Below, in pieces: positions 63,609 through 64,000 of a stretch of 64,000 nucleotides of DNA (position 1 is the stretch's first letter; each line of letters begins with the position of its first letter). Made by a program: the position numbers and the translations under genes. This DNA comes from a virus: IMG/VR virus record IMGVR_UViG_3300032820_000001, positions 32,001 through 96,000 of that record; one strand, written 5' to 3'. The notes below the pieces were generated by a model. That model ran no database searches. It worked only from the letters and a program-made list of their open reading frames with translations, and had not been told where the DNA came from.

Positions 63609-64000
63609 CTAAATTAATTTTCCCCATCTGTTATTCATGAGTGAAGAAATATCGACACCAGAATCTCCCGGCTCGACTCCTTCCATCACATTTCCAGAAG
63701 CGGGGTCTGTGCCACGCATGGGGGTTGTTCCCTCAAATACATTTACACCACCATAGGCATCTTGGCCAATTGCGGTAAGCATTTTTCGCTTTGTCTCGTC
63801 GAGCTTCATCTTCATTTTCTTCGTGTCCTCGGTATCATCTCGTTTTTCTGTAGGAGTTGAAACCTCTGTAATCGGGGTGACTCCTTGGGAATATCCCTCA
63901 ACAACCTGAGATACAATGCTCTTCAGTAATCCTTCTTCGTATAGGGACTCTCTAATACATTCTTTGATGATGGGTTTTAATACTTTTTTGAGATCGCTTT
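63609..64000 (-). CDS. hypothetical protein, 5' end outside the window
   Basis: frame open from the window edge: SDLKKVLKPIIKECIRESLYEEGLLKSIVSQVVEG...RWGKLI. Confidence 0.75.
   Translation of the reverse strand, partial: SDLKKVLKPIIKECIRESLYEEGLLKSIVSQVVEGYSQGVTPITEVSTPTEKRDDTEDTKKMKMKLDETKRKMLTAIGQDAYGGVNVFEGTTPMRGTDPASGNVMEGVEPGDSGVDISSLMNNRWGKLI

Overview
64-kb fragment of a large myovirus (jumbo/huge phage) genome. All credible genes lie on the minus strand and read intact in genetic code 11. Left half (1-25.5 kb): GroEL, a separate GroES, an amidase endolysin, a sigma-region-4 HTH protein, a phage Dam-type methyltransferase, dUTPase, DnaE (Pol III alpha), class II ribonucleotide reductase, replicative helicase, 5'-3' exonuclease, RecA, tRNA-Gly(TCC), SSB, a divergent tubulin/FtsZ-like protein, a stand-alone MORC-type GHKL ATPase and a minimal family A polymerase. 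Right half (25.5-64 kb): a T4-like morphogenesis cluster (baseplate hub, LysM protein, tape measure, tail chaperone, tube, sheath, neck, major capsid protein, scaffold), an array of four paralogous fibre genes (one about 3,070 aa), two small tandem paralogs and ribosomal protein bS21. Most notable: (1) a modular fibre system of four paralogs plus a fibre fused to a tandem-duplicated neck domain, all sharing a roughly 40-aa aromatic module, three of them behind an identical 22-nt SD-containing leader; (2) a likely +1 programmed frameshift in the tail chaperone; (3) a recurring ACTAYTTA late-promoter-like motif; (4) bS21 in a genome that uses canonical SD and sigma70 signals. All product calls come from motif recognition by eye; no database search was run.
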